The notes below the pieces were generated by a model, which saw only the letters and a list, made by a program, of their open reading frames with translations, did no database searches and was not told the DNA's origin. A stretch of 64,000 nt of DNA, from assembly GCA_039804105.1 (NCBI GenBank), contig JBDRZU010000002.1, positions 358,117 through 422,116 of the forward strand, written 5' to 3'. The translations under genes and the position numbers were made by a program. Shown here one piece after another: positions 60,371 to 64,000 of the stretch. Every line of letters begins with the position of its first letter. Positions within the stretch are counted from its first letter, which is position 1. The stretch is from a candidate division WOR-3 bacterium. GTDB taxonomy: Bacteria; Hydrothermota; 32-111.

Positions 60371-61283
60371 AAAAATAATTGAGATTTCAGAAGGACCTGT
60401 AAAACTTTCTTCAGAATATGAACAACTTATAGTTACAAAAAATGGAACAGAAATTTTAAAAACTCCTTTGAATGAAATTGCTGTTCTTCTGATTTCAACA
60501 CCTTTTGCTTCAATATCAACAAATGTAATTTCTTTGATAACAAAAAATAAAGGGATGATTATTATATGTGATCAATTTTATCTACCTGTTGGTGTTTTTT
60601 TACCTTATGAACTCAATTATATTCAATATGAAAGAATTCAAAAACAGATTAATGCTTCTTTACCATTAAAAAAACAACTCTGGAAACAGATTATTTCCGA
60701 GAAAATAAATTCTCAAGCATCTGTTTTAAAAAAATTAAAAGGGAGCGATTTTGGGCTTTATTATATATCTGAAAAAGTTCAATCTGGTGATTCAACAAAT
60801 CTTGAAGCATATTCCTCAAAAATTTACTGGAAAGAACTTTTTGGAGAAAAATTTAAACGAGATAAAGATTTACCTGGTGTTAATTCTATTTTAAATTATG
60901 GATATACAATTTTAAGAGCAATGACAGCACGAGCGGTTTGTTGTTCAGGTTTAAACCCAACTCTTGGGATATTTCATCATAATAAATATAATTCATTCTG
61001 TCTTGCAGATGATCTGATGGAACCATATAGACCCATAGTTGATGAGTTAACTTATAGATTGATCATCCAATCGGGAATTCAACTTTTTTTAACAAAAGAG
61101 TTAAAAAAAGAAATCATTGAACATCTTTTGAATAAGAAATTTGAAGTTAAAAAAGAAAAGTTTTCACTGAATGAATCGTTGTTTAAACTTTCATCATCAC
61201 TTGTGAATGTTTATACAGGTAAAGAAAAAAAGTTAAATATTCCAACTCCTTATGAAAAGGAATACAACTCCAACACAAAATAA
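60363..61283 (+). CDS. cas1: CRISPR-associated endonuclease Cas1
   Basis: NLEA..S..YW, NSILNYGY.ILR, LGIFH and LADDLMEPYRP motifs. Confidence 0.95.
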   Translation: MIEKIIEISEGPVKLSSEYEQLIVTKNGTEILKTPLNEIAVLLISTPFASISTNVISLITKNKGMIIICDQFYLPVGVFLPYELNYIQYERIQKQINASLPLKKQLWKQIISEKINSQASVLKKLKGSDFGLYYISEKVQSGDSTNLEAYSSKIYWKELFGEKFKRDKDLPGVNSILNYGYTILRAMTARAVCCSGLNPTLGIFHHNKYNSFCLADDLMEPYRPIVDELTYRLIIQSGIQLFLTKELKKEIIEHLLNKKFEVKKEKFSLNESLFKLSSSLVNVYTGKEKKLNIPTPYEKEYNSNTK

Positions 61284-61602
61284 CAGATACCATTCGATGT
61301 GGATTTTAGCACTTTTCGATTTACCAACATTAACAAAAGAGGATAGAAAAAATTACAGGGATTTCAGAAAAGAACTTTTAAAATCTGGTTTTGAACAATT
61401 ACAATTTTCTGTGTATGCAAGATATGTTGGTGATGAAAAAAGAGCAGATACTTTTAAAAACAAAATAAAATCGGTTGTTCCTCCAAAAGGTGAAGTCAGA
61501 ATAATCTGTTTAACAGATATCCAATTTGGAAAGATGGAAGTGTATTACCAAAATTCCAAGAAAAAACCTGAAAAGAAACTTGAACAACTTCTACTTTTTT
61601 AA
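61252..61602 (+). CDS. cas2: CRISPR-associated Cas2
   Basis: MWILALFDLP, FRKELLKSGF..LQFSVY and EQLLLF motifs; no csn2 or cas4, so subtype II-C. Confidence 0.95.
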   Translation: MKRNTTPTQNNRYHSMWILALFDLPTLTKEDRKNYRDFRKELLKSGFEQLQFSVYARYVGDEKRADTFKNKIKSVVPPKGEVRIICLTDIQFGKMEVYYQNSKKKPEKKLEQLLLF

Positions 61603-61611
61603 TCCAATTTT

Positions 61612-61649
61612 AACAATAAACCCTCTCTTTGTGTTAACTTAAGAGAGGG
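61612..61649 (-). terminator. predicted terminator for minus-strand array transcripts, inside the 50-bp cas2-array spacer (putative leader)
   Basis: CCCTCTCTT/AAGAGAGGG 9-bp stem followed on the minus strand by UUUAUUGUU. Confidence 0.65.
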
Positions 61650-61652
61650 TCC

Positions 61653-63866
61653 ATTCTACTTGAAATGTTTTTGTGGTCAAGCCCCAGCGTTGTAGGTATG
61701 CAGGGAGCCAGCCCTTTTATTCTACTTGAAATGTTTTTGTGGTCAAGCCCCAGCTATCTTTTCTTTTCTGTGGTGGCGTTATGAATTCTACTTGAAATGT
61801 TTTTGTGGTCAAGCCCCAGCTTTAGCGCGAATGTTGTTTTACCAAGCCCTATTCTACTTGAAATGTTTTTGTGGTCAAGCCCCAGCTTACTAATACAATT
61901 TCCACCAATTCTTCAATTCTACTTGAAATGTTTTTGTGGTCAAGCCCCAGCACATCGTCAGACCACAAGGCGTCCGTTATATTCTACTTGAAATGTTTTT
62001 GTGGTCAAGCCCCAGCAACAAGTTCCAGAGTTTAACATAAAGAATGATTCTACTTGAAATGTTTTTGTGGTCAAGCCCCAGCACCTCGTCAGACCACAAG
62101 GCGTCCGTTATAATTCTACTTGAAATGTTTTTGTGGTCAAGCCCCAGCGAAGTTAAAAGAATTCAAAACGAATTTAAGATTCTACTTGAAATGTTTTTGT
62201 GGTCAAGCCCCAGCATACAACAATTGATAAACAAGAATTTAATAGATTCTACTTGAAATGTTTTTGTGGTCAAGCCCCAGCAAAAAGTTTCATAATAACA
62301 ATCAAAAAGGGATTCTACTTGAAATGTTTTTGTGGTCAAGCCCCAGCAAGCTTTCTATGACGAGAACGATGTGTTCTATTCTACTTGAAATGTTTTTGTG
62401 GTCAAGCCCCAGCATAATCAACCCACACAACACCATTCTCTAAATTCTACTTGAAATGTTTTTGTGGTCAAGCCCCAGCAAACATTTTACAATATATTAT
62501 AAAGAGAGGATTCTACTTGAAATGTTTTTGTGGTCAAGCCCCAGCCTCTTTTTTGGTTTTAGTATCCTCTTTTTCATTCTACTTGAAATGTTTTTGTGGT
62601 CAAGCCCCAGCTTATCTGTGTAATCGTCCGGGAAATCCGCATATTCTACTTGAAATGTTTTTGTGGTCAAGCCCCAGCATCATAATACGCTGGTTCTCCA
62701 CGAAAAGCATTCTACTTGAAATGTTTTTGTGGTCAAGCCCCAGCAGCAGTAAACGCTCTGTTAAGAATATTAGCATTCTACTTGAAATGTTTTTGTGGTC
62801 AAGCCCCAGCATATCCTCTGGTATATTTCTTATAAAATATATTCTACTTGAAATGTTTTTGTGGTCAAGCCCCAGCCTGCAAAGTTTAAAACAATTTAAA
62901 GATATTATTCTACTTGAAATGTTTTTGTGGTCAAGCCCCAGCTTAAAAAACTATCATAATGCAATATTGTCCATTCTACTTGAAATGTTTTTGTGGTCAA
63001 GCCCCAGCACAAATACTTCATCATTGTTACAAAATCTTATTCTACTTGAAATGTTTTTGTGGTCAAGCCCCAGCGGCTTCTATATCCATTATATATATAT
63101 TTTTATTCTACTTGAAATGTTTTTGTGGTCAAGCCCCAGCGTCATAATATGCCGGCTCATTGAGGAATGCATTCTACTTGAAATGTTTTTGTGGTCAAGC
63201 CCCAGCCAAATATTTCTTTTTTACAAAGGAAAACTTATTCTACTTGAAATGTTTTTGTGGTCAAGCCCCAGCTTAAAAAACTATCATAATGCAATATTGT
63301 CCATTCTACTTGAAATGTTTTTGTGGTCAAGCCCCAGCATTGTATCGTTGTAAATATGTAGATATCTAATTCTACTTGAAATGTTTTTGTGGTCAAGCCC
63401 CAGCAAGAAGATAAACCAGTGGATTCTACTTTAAATTCTACTTGAAATGTTTTTGTGGTCAAGCCCCAGCTTAAAAGTAGCGTAAACAAAACCAGCAGAA
63501 ATTCTACTTGAAATGTTTTTGTGGTCAAGCCCCAGCGGAGCGAGTACATAGAGGGAACCATTTGTAATTCTACTTGAAATGTTTTTGTGGTCAAGCCCCA
63601 GCTGATGGGACAAAAGCACTTTATCAGAGAATATTCTACTTGAAATGTTTTTGTGGTCAAGCCCCAGCTCTTTATTTGCAATTGAAGTAAAATCATTTAT
63701 TCTACTTGAAATGTTTTTGTGGTCAAGCCCCAGCCCTTCCTGTGGCAATAAAAATACATTAGTAATTCTACTTGAAATGTTTTTGTGGTCAAGCCCCAGC
63801 TTATTAAAGCATTACCACACCCCACAACAAATTCTACTTGAAATGTTTTTGTGGTCAAGCCCCAGT
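61653..63866 (-). CRISPR. CRISPR array: 34 repeats of 36 bp (crRNA sense GCTGGGGCTTGACCACAAAAACATTTCAAGTAGAAT) and 33 spacers of 29-31 bp
   Basis: Counted directly; the last repeat (63831-63866) has a terminal C>T variant; orientation inferred from tracrRNA complementarity. Confidence 0.98.
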
Positions 63867-64000
63867 AAATATAACTACTGGGGACGGTGCTTGACTTTTT
63901 GACATTTTTCGTAACTATATTTTTATACGAGATTTAAACTTAATATAAATTTTTAGTTTTTAAATTTTTTCAAAACTAAAAAATAACATTTTTTATTTAA

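Noticed and set aside
63405..63434. Spacer 27 contains ATTCTACTT, the first 9 nt of the repeat
   Set aside because: A short AT-rich match in a spacer of normal length; compatible with chance
61689..63830. Self-targeting spacers
   Set aside because: No full match to this window noticed by eye; an exhaustive alignment was not possible
61797..63902. ORFs with repeating MFLWSSPS or LGLDHKNISSR peptides (up to 300 aa)
   Set aside because: Artefacts of the 66-bp CRISPR period; no SD, and stops occur in many spacers
63891..63930. Plus-strand promoter after the array (TTGACT/TTGACA)
   Set aside because: No convincing -10 at 16-17 nt spacing, and any downstream gene lies outside the window

Overview
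A gene-dense, low-GC bacterial chromosomal window from a diderm organism (LptF/G, a TonB C-domain, a PorV-like barrel, a porin). Its lineage cannot be fixed from the sequence alone. Most of it is housekeeping: dgt, trpS, phoPR, panB, alr, comM, tmRNA, a porin-pstSCAB-phoU operon with a TTAACA x3 Pho box, lptFG, radC, EF-G2, holB-ricT-metG-tatD-rsmA, envC, moxR and gyrA. The last 7 kb hold a complete type II-C CRISPR-Cas9 locus: tracrRNA, a 1032-aa Cas9, cas1, cas2 and an array of 34 repeats and 33 spacers. The most striking signals are as follows. (1) Every CRISPR repeat contains a full -35/N16/-10 promoter matching an unusual 16-bp-spacer promoter architecture seen throughout this window. (2) The tracrRNA anti-repeat DNA therefore doubles as the apparent cas9-operon promoter, back to back with the tracrRNA promoter. 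(3) An anti-repeat mimic folds onto the terminal repeat. (4) A spacer appears re-acquired with a seed-region SNP. (5) A peptide-ABC substrate-binding lipoprotein is fused to a TonB C-terminal domain. All promoter and RNA-structure calls are motif-based predictions; no database searches were run.
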